DNA from: a virus
Lineage: Duplodnaviria > Caudoviricetes
Strand: one strand, 5' to 3'
IMG/VR virus record: IMGVR_UViG_3300013101_000012
Span: 1 to 53,995 of that record
DNA length: 53,995 nucleotides
Positions 1-8,954 of the stretch are shown here, one piece after another. The notes beneath the pieces are model-generated. The model was not told the DNA's origin. It worked only from the letters and a program-made list of their open reading frames with translations, and did no database searches. Every line of letters begins with the position of its first letter. Position 1 is the first letter of the stretch. The position numbers were made by a program, and so were the translations under genes.

Positions 1-28
1 ATATGGCCTAAAGTTTAAGTACCCTAAT

Positions 29-223
29 ATGGATACTTTGGTGGTTAATTCAATTACTAAAAGTGGAAAGTATAAAGTTACAACAGTTGACGAGTATAAT
101 AAAAAGTCTAAAAACGGTATTTGGGAAAGTGACAAATTTTTTGAGTTTGTTGAATCTAATTATTATAACTTTCTAATCATTTTAGATTCAGCAACAGAAT
201 CAACAACAGCAGAGGGGGCATAA
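29..223 (+). CDS. hypothetical protein (possibly 5'-partial)
   Basis: ORF track; TAATG overlap with the next gene. Confidence 0.5.
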   Translation: MDTLVVNSITKSGKYKVTTVDEYNKKSKNGIWESDKFFEFVESNYYNFLIILDSATESTTAEGA

Positions 224-729
224 TGAGCGACACTTATAAGATGAAATTTGAGATGAAGAAAAATGCTGAAAATGCTATCCTTGTTATTATTGAAAATAAT
301 GAATTTTGGTTACCTAAGAGTCAAGTTACTTTTGAAGACGATATTGTGGAGATTCCAGAATGGTTGGTAAGGGCCAAAGGATTAATTAACTTACCACCTA
401 AAGCAGATACCACAGAGATTTTTGAGCATAAATTAAAAGGTAAGGTAGTAAAAGTGGCCCCTTGGTTTTTAAAACAAAATGATTACAATACTAAATTTAA
501 TCACATAAATATTTTAAGAGTTAAGAGAGAAGCCAAAAGTGGAAAAGCTTTGCATATTGTTTTTTCTTTTAATACCAGATTGTTTGAACCTGAATTGAAA
601 GCAGAAGCAGAAGCACTAGGGGAGATAACTTCATGGATTCCACATTTTTGTCTCAAATGGGTTGAAGAAGAAAGTGGATTAGTAAAATATGATAAATATG
701 AATACGAATTTAACCAGAAGGAGGGATAA
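223..729 (+). CDS. hypothetical phage protein with two copies of a K/NA(I/L)..W(L/I)P small beta-domain motif
   Basis: NAILVIIENNEFWLPKSQV and KALHIVF..SWIPHF; GAGGGG RBS. Confidence 0.7.
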   Translation: MSDTYKMKFEMKKNAENAILVIIENNEFWLPKSQVTFEDDIVEIPEWLVRAKGLINLPPKADTTEIFEHKLKGKVVKVAPWFLKQNDYNTKFNHINILRVKREAKSGKALHIVFSFNTRLFEPELKAEAEALGEITSWIPHFCLKWVEEESGLVKYDKYEYEFNQKEG

Positions 730-1020
730 TTGAGAAATATTGAAAAAGTAATCGAGATTGAAAATTTACGCTTAACTTTAGACGTAGAAGTAGAATTAGA
801 TGGCCCCGAGATTATGGTTAATGATTTTGTTATCGAAGGCATAGCTTTTTTTGGGGAAGAGTTAAGAAAAGTTGATAAAGACTTTGAAGAGGCCCCTTAT
901 GAGTTACCAGTAGAAAAAAATATGCTAGATAATTTTAAAGAGTTTTTGTATTCGACTTTAGCTAATGAGATTTTAGAAAAGATTGAAGTTAGGTACGACG
1001 AAATAGTGGGAGAAGAATAA
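730..1020 (+). CDS. hypothetical acidic protein
   Basis: TTG start after AAGGAGG; abuts neighbouring genes. Confidence 0.7.
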   Translation: MRNIEKVIEIENLRLTLDVEVELDGPEIMVNDFVIEGIAFFGEELRKVDKDFEEAPYELPVEKNMLDNFKEFLYSTLANEILEKIEVRYDEIVGEE

Positions 1021-1256
1021 TGGAGGGGAGTTTTGGGTTTTTGTCAGTAGCAAAAGCTAGCACAGAAATGATTAACTATTTGTACGAAGCAGAATACCGA
1101 CATTTTTCAGAGTACGTTGAAGAATTAGGTGTAGATACAGCTCTTGATATATTAAACCAAGGCGATCATATTTTCTTATTTGTTTTAATCGCAAAGAATA
1201 ATGGAAATATTAAAAAAGTTTTAAAAGAGATAGAAGATTATATGGAGGAAAAGTGA
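1020..1256 (+). CDS. hypothetical protein
   Basis: TAATG coupling; GGGAG RBS. Confidence 0.7.
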   Translation: MEGSFGFLSVAKASTEMINYLYEAEYRHFSEYVEELGVDTALDILNQGDHIFLFVLIAKNNGNIKKVLKEIEDYMEEK

Positions 1257-1774
1257 AAAACAAAGATAGGATTACAAAAGTCAATCACCCTAAGCTTATT
1301 TGTGCCATTGATAATCTTTTAGAGAGAGACTTGATAAGAGAAGAGAAAGCTTTTACTAAATGGTGTAGCGTCAATAGCGTTACAAATCTATTCCAGTACG
1401 ACAACACTACAGAACGTCACCCGTATGAAGACCTTTGCCTTTTGTCCGCTAGAGGGAATCAAGCTAGTGTTAATGCAATGTTAAACAAGGCAATAAAACT
1501 TGCAGATGAAAATGCTTTGCAGGTTATAGACGTGGCCCTTAACAAAATTCAGTTTGATGAATTACATGATTTACTTAAAGAAGCTTGCAGAATTTGGGAC
1601 GATGAAGACCATAGAGGATTGTTAAGACTTTTTGGGCAGTATGCCAGAGGGGAGTTTGACACTTTTACCGAGTATGAGAATGGTTATTACGATATTGAAG
1701 AGATAACAGAAGAAGAAAAACTTAAAGAGTTATCAGATGAAGACCGCCAAGCTTTAGCAGAAGAGTGGTTATGA
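1253..1774 (+). CDS. hypothetical protein
   Basis: GGAGG RBS; GTGA overlap. Confidence 0.7.
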   Translation: MKNKDRITKVNHPKLICAIDNLLERDLIREEKAFTKWCSVNSVTNLFQYDNTTERHPYEDLCLLSARGNQASVNAMLNKAIKLADENALQVIDVALNKIQFDELHDLLKEACRIWDDEDHRGLLRLFGQYARGEFDTFTEYENGYYDIEEITEEEKLKELSDEDRQALAEEWL

Positions 1775-1863
1775 AAACAATTATTGCCGTAGCGTTAACC
1801 TTACTATTTACCTATTATATTAATGCGCTTACTTTTGGATTTACTTTTTTTCCCCTATTTTAA
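1771..1863 (+). CDS. 30-aa hydrophobic membrane peptide MKTIIAVALTLLFTYYINALTFGFTFFPLF (not in ORF track)
   Basis: ATGA overlap with upstream stop; read by hand. Confidence 0.5.
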   Translation: MKTIIAVALTLLFTYYINALTFGFTFFPLF

Positions 1864-1892
1864 TTGTCACAAATATCATTTATCCTAGATAG

Positions 1893-3404
1893 ATGATAAC
1901 TACAAAAACTCCCCCAAAGTATAAAGAGAAAGATTTAAAGAAGAGATTCCCTGATAAAGGCACGGCCCCAGAATTAGGCACACCTGAATATCAAGAGTGG
2001 GAGACAGGCCAAAGAGATAGATTCCAAAATGCTATGGATTTTGGCCACGACTTGTCAGACTACATGGCCCGGTTACAAAACTTAAACCAACAATTAAAAT
2101 CAGATTTATCAGGTATTAGCCTTGATGATTTTGACGATTTCGCTGGACCGGGAATTGAACCCCCAACAGAAGCAGAAGCAGAAGCAGATATTTATAATAC
2201 TAATTTTCCTTCCCAAGATTTAGACGACGCCGAACTAGACCTTGAAGACGAGATGGCCAATGGTGCAGAAGCACAAGTTGATGATTTAGTTAGTTCTATT
2301 TTTCCTCTTAGTGGCGAAGAAAGGATGTTAAAACTTGATGATTTCCCCCCAAGTAATCAGGGCCTTCAAACTTTCCCAGACTCAGATAAACCAGAATTCA
2401 CAAATGAAACTCCCGGCCATCTTTGGGGTTTAGAAAAGCAATTGAATACAGACGATGAAGACGATTTTGAAAATATTGATTTAGCCCCTGGCCCAGAGTT
2501 TGACGACGACGACGGGCCAGAGGTTTTTCCTTTCGATGATAACGAATATGATTTACCAGACGATGAGGAATACGAAGACGATTTAGGCCCAGACTTAAGG
2601 CCCCCAGAAGTAGAAAGACCAGAAGACATAATAACAGAAGTACCCGACGAAGAAAGTCTATTAGACGACGCATCAGAGCCTTTAGAACCATCAGAGATGG
2701 ATTTAATCCCAGTAGAACCAGAAGCAGAAGACAATTGGCCATACCCGATCCCAGAAACTCCTGGCCTTGAACCACAACAAGATAAGGAAAAAATAGATAA
2801 TTTATTAGATAATTTATTTCCCGATTCTTTAGAAGAACCAGAAGCAGACTACGACTACTACTACGACGACGACGAAAATGAAACAGAAACGCCACGACAA
2901 CAACTTGAACTAGAACCAGAAAAAATTAATTTTGATGATTACAACCAAGACGACATGGACGATTTTGAAAAAGAATTAGACTTCAGGCCAGCAGAAGTTA
3001 TTGAACCTGGCCCGTATTCACAAGATGATTTAGATGATTTAGGGGTAGACGATCAGTCAATGGACGATACTATTGCTCAGAATCACCCTAAGTCTTTTTC
3101 TATGTATCATAAGGGCCAACATATCCCTAAGTGGGGATTTAGCTCTACAGACTGGAAAGATAGATTCAATAAAGGTTACGACAAGGCCAAGACAAAAGCA
3201 GATGCTATTTTACAACGCATGTCTAATGAAGAAGAAGCAGAAAAGAAAAGAAAAGAAATAGAAGCAGAAATGCAGAAGCAAAAGGCCCCCAGAGATATTG
3301 GCCCCTATAGAGGCAGGAAAGGCCCACGGCCACACTTAAACGAACCTAAAAGGAAATGGTGGAATCATAATAACTCACCACAATGGGTTAATACCAAGGA
3401 GTAA
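1893..3404 (+). CDS. 503-aa very acidic, Pro-rich, probably disordered protein with a basic C-terminus
   Basis: Long ORF; D/E/P-dominated composition; K/R-rich tail. Confidence 0.8.
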   Translation: MITTKTPPKYKEKDLKKRFPDKGTAPELGTPEYQEWETGQRDRFQNAMDFGHDLSDYMARLQNLNQQLKSDLSGISLDDFDDFAGPGIEPPTEAEAEADIYNTNFPSQDLDDAELDLEDEMANGAEAQVDDLVSSIFPLSGEERMLKLDDFPPSNQGLQTFPDSDKPEFTNETPGHLWGLEKQLNTDDEDDFENIDLAPGPEFDDDDGPEVFPFDDNEYDLPDDEEYEDDLGPDLRPPEVERPEDIITEVPDEESLLDDASEPLEPSEMDLIPVEPEAEDNWPYPIPETPGLEPQQDKEKIDNLLDNLFPDSLEEPEADYDYYYDDDENETETPRQQLELEPEKINFDDYNQDDMDDFEKELDFRPAEVIEPGPYSQDDLDDLGVDDQSMDDTIAQNHPKSFSMYHKGQHIPKWGFSSTDWKDRFNKGYDKAKTKADAILQRMSNEEEAEKKRKEIEAEMQKQKAPRDIGPYRGRKGPRPHLNEPKRKWWNHNNSPQWVNTKE

Positions 3405-3407
3405 ATA

Positions 3408-3650
3408 TTGATACCCGACTATCCCAAATATTCACTTAAAGAGTTACAAGACTTTCCCCCTGGCCGAGTACTCTTTAGGCCAAACGACAAAGAGAAGGTA
3501 AAGATTTATAGGCCACGAAAGAAGAATTGTGACTTATGCCACAGGCCCCACGCAGATAAGGCCATTAAACATGAAATTAAGCCCAACAGAACATTATTAA
3601 GTGAGTGTTTCCTTTGCTTTATTATTCGTTCGACAATTACTCATCACTAA
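3408..3650 (+). CDS. small basic protein, possible Zn-binding (CDLC..CFLC)
   Basis: AAGGAG before TTG; two CxxC motifs. Confidence 0.55.
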   Translation: MIPDYPKYSLKELQDFPPGRVLFRPNDKEKVKIYRPRKKNCDLCHRPHADKAIKHEIKPNRTLLSECFLCFIIRSTITHH

Positions 3651-3748
3651 TACTATGTAATCTTTATAGACCTATAAGAATACCCTTTACCCTTTAGCCT
3701 ACTATGTTAAGTTTCCCCTAGATAACAATTAATAACAGGAGGGCAAAA

Positions 3749-4138
3749 ATGAGAAAAGCTAAAACGTGTTCAGACTTAAATAACAAAAAAATGTCCAATG
3801 AAATTTATCTTCTAAGAAGAAAAGTAATCAACTTAATTTATGAGGCCAAAGAAGTGGCAAATCTTCCAAGGATTGACGTCAGAGTGACAGATACCCCAAG
3901 AAATTCAATCTTAGGAGTTGCCGGATTAAACGATAATATTATTTGGATTACAGAAAAAGCTATCTCTTACGGCGAAGCAAGATTACGCCACGTTGTTTAT
4001 CACGAAATAGTTCATGCCGTTACAGGGTTTAGGCACGACTCAGATTGCCCTTTAATGGCCCCAGTGATCCCAGAGTCTGTTAAGGGAAAGGCATTTTACC
4101 AAAGAGTTTTACTAGGGTATCTAGGAAGGAAACAATAA
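3749..4138 (+). CDS. metzincin-like Zn metallopeptidase
   Basis: HEIVHAVTGFRH plus CPLMAP Met-turn-like segment; AGGAGG RBS. Confidence 0.7.
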   Translation: MRKAKTCSDLNNKKMSNEIYLLRRKVINLIYEAKEVANLPRIDVRVTDTPRNSILGVAGLNDNIIWITEKAISYGEARLRHVVYHEIVHAVTGFRHDSDCPLMAPVIPESVKGKAFYQRVLLGYLGRKQ

Positions 4139-4386
4139 TGAACGATTCTTATATCAAAAATAGTCTCAACAAGGCCCTTTGTAATCTCGGTTATTCTATT
4201 AAAGAATATTATCAAGATAACCAACTACTTTGCTTTTATGTATCTGTACCAACTTTAAACGTAGCAAATCATATTTCAAGACAAGTAGATTATTTTCTAA
4301 AGACATATAACTGGTATGTTGTTAAAACATTAAAAACTAAAGACGGTTATCGTATTGATGCCAGACCACAAATGCAAATTGCATAA
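4138..4386 (+). CDS. hypothetical protein
   Basis: TAATG coupling; AGGA RBS. Confidence 0.6.
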   Translation: MNDSYIKNSLNKALCNLGYSIKEYYQDNQLLCFYVSVPTLNVANHISRQVDYFLKTYNWYVVKTLKTKDGYRIDARPQMQIA

Positions 4387-4397
4387 TTATTTTAAGG

Positions 4398-4607
4398 ATG
4401 GAAATGGATTTACTTTATTTTAATTTACTCTTTAAACATAACACAACACATAAACCTATCTCTGTTACTTATCAGGCCTACACACAAAAAGAAGCATTAC
4501 TTGAAGGCCTTAAGTCTTATGGAGATACTCATAAACTCCAAACTATCACGCAAATTACTTTAGAAGATTATCGTTGTATTATAAACAAACAACCTATTAA
4601 TTCTTAA
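4398..4607 (+). CDS. hypothetical protein
   Basis: ORF track; AAGGA upstream. Confidence 0.55.
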   Translation: MEMDLLYFNLLFKHNTTHKPISVTYQAYTQKEALLEGLKSYGDTHKLQTITQITLEDYRCIINKQPINS

Positions 4608-4679
4608 TTCCCTACTAAACTGTTTCTATCTGTTACTACACACTGCATAGTTTATCTTATTGAGAGAGAGGTAATCCAT

Positions 4680-4760
4680 ATGACAAATTTACAATTATAT
4701 ATATTTATCTGTTTTTACAATTTGCTATTACTTTTATTGATTTACTTAATCAGCTTCTAG
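4680..4760 (+). CDS. 26-aa hydrophobic peptide MTNLQLYIFICFYNLLLLLLIYLISF (not in ORF track)
   Basis: GAGG RBS; single TM-like stretch. Confidence 0.35.
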   Translation: MTNLQLYIFICFYNLLLLLLIYLISF

Positions 4761-4860
4761 CTCTAGCTAGTATGTTATATTATCTAGTATTTGATTTCAG
4801 ATGATTCCTAGATTTTGATTTTAGCAAGGTTTTAGATTATACAGATTTTAGATTTTGATT

Positions 4861-4996
4861 AAATTTATTAACCTTATATCCAAGTAGCGACTATAGATTT
4901 AGTTTTATCTAAAATTTATTAACCTTATATCCGACTATAGATTTAGTTTTATTTAAAATTTATTAACCTTATATTTAAAATTTATTAACCTTATAT
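4861..4996. repeat. four copies of 19-bp AAATTTATTAACCTTATAT in an AT-rich zone (iteron-like)
   Basis: Copies at 4861, 4912, 4956 and 4978; CGACTATAGATTTAG also occurs twice. Confidence 0.9.
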
Positions 4997-5707
4997 TTAA
5001 ATCTCTATTTTATGCTATTGTATTTAAATCAGTAGGTTATATCTTTTTACCACCCTTACTATGGAGAGTTATTATGAAAGAGGCCCCTAATCTTAAAGAT
5101 CTTCAAGACGAAATGATTAAAGGCATTGTAGCGACTCAAAATGCCCTATTCAGACAGGCAGGAAAAGAGACTAAGAGACTTGACCGCCTTTCTAATGCTA
5201 TTAACAGTGTAGAAAATGTCTTATTCGACGAAGACTTTATGGGCCAACTCCCGGCCCACCAGAAAGTTAAGCTCTATCAGTTAATGACAAATAACCAAGG
5301 ACAAACTCTAGATTTCCTTTCTAAGTTATCTAATAATCTCAGTACGTCGTTAGAGGCCCTTAATCATGTCCGTAAACTAGACAAAGCTACTGGTACTACT
5401 ACAGACCTACCCCTTGATAACTTTAAGGCCCAGATCAAGTCTCTTATCGACCTTAAAGGCAAAGAGACAATAGTTATTGATTTACAGTCAGCAAAAAAGC
5501 ATGAAGATTCTACCGATTCAACAGAAGCAGTTTGACTTTTATCTATTTGACGCATAAAAATCAAGGACATTTGATTTTTCACACACGTGCTAATCTATCT
5601 ATTTAGTAGCATAAATCACTAGCACAATTCCTAATGTATCACCACAAGACCCCTAGAGGCATCTGAATAAACCTTAGTGTATATCCAAGTAGCGACTATA
5701 GATTTAG
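4875..5707. repeat. 28-bp direct repeat TATATCCAAGTAGCGACTATAGATTTAG flanking ORF 5074-5535
   Basis: Identical copies at 4875-4902 and 5680-5707. Confidence 0.9.
5074..5535 (+). CDS. helical coiled-coil protein; possible terminase small subunit
   Basis: GGAG RBS; 153 aa, helical; function inferred only from size and repeat context. Confidence 0.4.
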   Translation: MKEAPNLKDLQDEMIKGIVATQNALFRQAGKETKRLDRLSNAINSVENVLFDEDFMGQLPAHQKVKLYQLMTNNQGQTLDFLSKLSNNLSTSLEALNHVRKLDKATGTTTDLPLDNFKAQIKSLIDLKGKETIVIDLQSAKKHEDSTDSTEAV

Positions 5708-6021
5708 AGAGGTTTTATCTTATAATTGTGGTGGAGGTTAAAAGAGGTTAAAGAAGTGTACTTCTTTATTTTAATTACTCCACACTTTATGTCAACAACG
5801 CAGTAGCACATGATAAAATAGATTCCCCACCAATAGAAAAGCTTTCTCCCTGAATAGTAGACAGTAGTACCCTACTACTACTACTACTATTTACTGCTGC
5901 TGGTAATAGGATGCTGTTACTGATGATGCTGATGCGACTCCCCGCATGTCATGTCTCCACGTGTGAGTATATATATATGATGGGGAAGCAGTAGCAGGGA
6001 GGGGAATCTCTAGTTACTCTT

Positions 6022-6043
6022 GGGAGGGAAGACGGGCCAGGGG
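6022..6043 (+). other. canonical G-quadruplex motif GGGAGGGAAGACGGGCCAGGGG
   Basis: Four G3+ tracts with loops of 1, 5 and 3 nt; three more G-tracts at 5981-6004. Confidence 0.6.
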
Positions 6044-6089
6044 CAGACAGCGAGCATAATATATCGGTGAGACACTTTTTAAATAATTG

Positions 6090-6118
6090 TTGACCGTTTC
6101 TATCTGGTATCTTATTTT
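6090..6118 (+). promoter_or_regulatory. possible sigma70-type promoter TTGACC-N17-TATTTT
   Basis: Consensus-like hexamers 17 nt apart, upstream of ORF 6171. Confidence 0.3.
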
Positions 6119-6170
6119 ATGGGCTCAAAAAAAAATGGCCTCATAGGGAGAAACACAGGGAGAAACTACA

Positions 6171-6476
6171 ATGTCCGATGAATACTACAGCACTTATTTA
6201 CGCAGGTGGCTTAAAAAAGACCTAGACGCAAAATCACGAGATAAATTATATGGCCGAGAAAGGGCCCAACGAGAAAAAACACAGGTAAAAGAAATAAGGG
6301 CCCAGGAGAAAAAGGCCTTAAGATCAAGTTTCTTTAGCGACTTAGGAAAACTAATTAAGCTATTTACCCCCAGAAAACAACGCAGTGGTGTTTGGAAAGG
6401 TTTAGGTAAAGGTATGGGGGGAAATTTATATCGTTCTCATGCTAAAGGCTACAAAAAGCCACCTCACAGTTTTTAA
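6171..6476 (+). CDS. basic hypothetical protein
   Basis: Duplicated AGGGAGAAAC RBS element at 6145-6166. Confidence 0.7.
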   Translation: MSDEYYSTYLRRWLKKDLDAKSRDKLYGRERAQREKTQVKEIRAQEKKALRSSFFSDLGKLIKLFTPRKQRSGVWKGLGKGMGGNLYRSHAKGYKKPPHSF

Positions 6477-6562
6477 ACAAAATTCCTTTTTTTATCAGTT
6501 AAGTCACTTTAAGTTACTAATTTCGCATTAAATTAATATTTTTCTTTTCTCACGGAGGAGAT

Positions 6563-6736
6563 ATGAAAATACTTATTGCCGCATTGTTTCTAATGTCTTG
6601 TGGTGGTTTTGACAGTTACGACTTTAAATACTGTGTAGATCGGCGTTACAAAGACATAAATGGTTATCAAATTTCTTATTGCCACGAGTATAAAACTGAT
6701 CGAGAGAGGGTTATGCATTTCTATGAGCGGAAATAG
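6563..6736 (+). CDS. 57-aa lipoprotein (MKILIAALFLMSC-GG...), not in ORF track
   Basis: GGAGGAG RBS; type II signal peptide with Cys13 lipobox; two further Cys. Confidence 0.7.
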   Translation: MKILIAALFLMSCGGFDSYDFKYCVDRRYKDINGYQISYCHEYKTDRERVMHFYERK

Positions 6737-6771
6737 TAGTCTTAAATTTGTCTCTGAGGCATACTTTATAC

Positions 6772-7785
6772 ATGACTAGGGCCATTGAAATATTAGAAGA
6801 TTCTGCAAGAGAAGATTTACCAATTAGGCGAGGTCTGGCAACTGGTGGTATCTCGGAAGTAGTTTATGCTTATCTAGTAAAAACTGAGGGCCAACCTATT
6901 AGGCGGGAAGATTTGGTGGCATTGGGTTTGAATTTTAATTCTGTTAAGTCCACCTTGGCCCGCCTAAAAAAACGGGGATATATTGAACCTGTTGAAAGTG
7001 TGACTGGAAAAGACGGGTATTTTAAAGTTAAGATTACAGGAAGACCGCCTCCTTCTTATACTTCTTATACTTCTTATACTTCTTATAACGACAAAAATGA
7101 CACAGCAAGGATTCCAAGTACTGAGGTAGATAACGATAACGACTACAATGGTTGGTTACTTTATATTTTAAAACTACATAGTGGTTGGTATCTAGGTATT
7201 ACTTCCGATTATGCCAATAGAATGAGGGCCCATCGGAGAAAGTACCGTGATGACTATATAAATACTGATGTTTTGTTTGATGGCCTTACTGAGCAAGAGG
7301 CCAATGATTTAGAAACTTCTTTAGTGCATCAATATACTAAGGAACGTCTTGGTTTTAAAAATAAAGTGAAGCGTTACCGGGATAGGTCAGACTGGGAAAT
7401 TGAGAGATACCCGGACGCTGTGTATAGAAATTTTTTAAAAAAAGACTCACATGGAGAATCTCTAGACATTCTAGAAGACCTTCTTCCCTTCCCTATAGAT
7501 ACCGAAAAAAAGTCCCGATTAGGAATCGAACCTTCTTCTAGAGAAGAAGTTGAGATGCAAGCTCGGGATTTTTTACGAGACATTAAAATCATTTTTCCTG
7601 ACCATACAATTTTTCCTACTGATCCTGAACTTGGAGTGGGGATAAGACTTGGTGATAGGTATTTGGAATGGCAAGAAGAGGCAACTCGTGGAGTGATGGT
7701 TAACCTTGAAGAAATACTAGGCGAGTACCCTTTTCTTCATTATACTTTTAAAGAAGACTCTAATTATATTATTTATAGCGAGTAG
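6772..7785 (+). CDS. winged-HTH plus GIY-YIG-family nuclease carrying the shared RAxxILE leader
   Basis: LYILKLHSGWYLGITSDYANRMRAH (GIY-YIG); NSVKSTLARLKKRGYIE (wHTH); start moved to ATG 6772 (MTRAIEILED). Confidence 0.7.
   Translation: MTRAIEILEDSAREDLPIRRGLATGGISEVVYAYLVKTEGQPIRREDLVALGLNFNSVKSTLARLKKRGYIEPVESVTGKDGYFKVKITGRPPPSYTSYTSYTSYNDKNDTARIPSTEVDNDNDYNGWLLYILKLHSGWYLGITSDYANRMRAHRRKYRDDYINTDVLFDGLTEQEANDLETSLVHQYTKERLGFKNKVKRYRDRSDWEIERYPDAVYRNFLKKDSHGESLDILEDLLPFPIDTEKKSRLGIEPSSREEVEMQARDFLRDIKIIFPDHTIFPTDPELGVGIRLGDRYLEWQEEATRGVMVNLEEILGEYPFLHYTFKEDSNYIIYSE
7052..7087 (+). repeat. 9-nt tandem repeat CTTCTTATA x4 (SYT linker)
   Basis: Read directly from the sequence. Confidence 0.85.
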
Positions 7786-7821
7786 CGTAACTTTTTAAAT
7801 TAAGCGGTAAGAGGGTTAAAT

Positions 7822-8244
7822 ATGAGTACATACCTAAAAGCAAAAATGAGGTCCATGTTTGGTGATGCTTTTAAGGATGACCGAGTAGATGAGGGTGACA
7901 ATTGGGTTGACTATGACGAGGATTCTGGAATGGAGTCTGGGGAACCTGCTGAGAACAGCAATATGCAGAATTTTGTAACTGCTGTAAACGATAAATGGCC
8001 CACAGGAAGAAGAGATAGTCATTTGGCGGGTATTTGGCCTGATGGCCAAGGATATATTACAGCGGAAGATTATTATAATTTTAGAGATCCTCAGACTGGC
8101 GAAAAGGTAATAGGTAAATTAGCAGATGCTTACGATCCCGAACCTCAGTGGATTGATCCAGAGTTAAAAGCATTGGCCCAAGAGTTTAACATCTTTATAG
8201 ATTGGCAAGATGCCGGGACATTGGTTTTATATGACGAGAGCTAA
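7822..8244 (+). CDS. acidic hypothetical protein
   Basis: GAGG RBS. Confidence 0.7.
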   Translation: MSTYLKAKMRSMFGDAFKDDRVDEGDNWVDYDEDSGMESGEPAENSNMQNFVTAVNDKWPTGRRDSHLAGIWPDGQGYITAEDYYNFRDPQTGEKVIGKLADAYDPEPQWIDPELKALAQEFNIFIDWQDAGTLVLYDES

Positions 8245-8944
8245 TAAAATATTAGAGGCGGGTAAAGGAAGATCTAATTGGATTTCTAAAAAATGGCGTG
8301 ACCTTGAAGATGAACCCTTACCAGACACCAGAGACATAGATACATACTATCGTTATGATCAGGATCAGGGTTTAAGTTTCCAGGGGGTCGACCCCGAATA
8401 TTTTTCAGTATCTGAGATACCTCAAGGGCCTGAAGGAAGTTACTACCCAGCAGAACCTAAATATAATAATCGTCGTGGACCTCTAGATAGGGAAGAGGAG
8501 ATAGAAGACATCCCAAAAGAAAAACCTGCTACGGCCTTGGAGCTTGAAAAAATAGGTAGGTGGTTTAAAAAAGCTAAAACTAAAAAGCCCCCTACGAAAG
8601 CTGCTGTCTCTGCTAATACTAGGGAGATTAGAAGCTTAACTAGTTGGTATAAAAATACAGTAGATAATGAATCAGATCCCCAAGCTAGAAAATTGATTAG
8701 AGCTAAATATTTAAGGGGATTGAAGGCATTGACTGGTGTGCGAGAGGGTAGGGCGAAAAATATGTTAGGGTATGGTTGGAGAGATCAGCAATTACTCTTC
8801 GACTCAGTCGAAGATGCCTGGAAAAATGGTCATCGAGATGTTTCAGATATTTTCAACATAGTTTACCCTATGCTAAAGAGGGAAGGGCTTGAACTGAGTG
8901 AAGAAGGCATAAGATTTGCCGTGCAACATATAATGAACAAATAA
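8231..8944 (+). CDS. hypothetical protein with leader MTRANKILE (putative virion internal protein)
   Basis: Start moved to ATG 8231 because of the leader motif. Confidence 0.65.
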   Translation: MTRANKILEAGKGRSNWISKKWRDLEDEPLPDTRDIDTYYRYDQDQGLSFQGVDPEYFSVSEIPQGPEGSYYPAEPKYNNRRGPLDREEEIEDIPKEKPATALELEKIGRWFKKAKTKKPPTKAAVSANTREIRSLTSWYKNTVDNESDPQARKLIRAKYLRGLKALTGVREGRAKNMLGYGWRDQQLLFDSVEDAWKNGHRDVSDIFNIVYPMLKREGLELSEEGIRFAVQHIMNK

Positions 8945-8954
8945 AGGATTATGG

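Noticed and set aside
601-3280. Recurrent GAAGCAGAA motif
   Set aside because: Explained by Glu-Ala-Glu codon preference in acidic proteins.
4861-4996. CRISPR array
   Set aside because: Spacing is irregular (3-32 nt), the intervening sequences resemble each other, and no cas genes are present.
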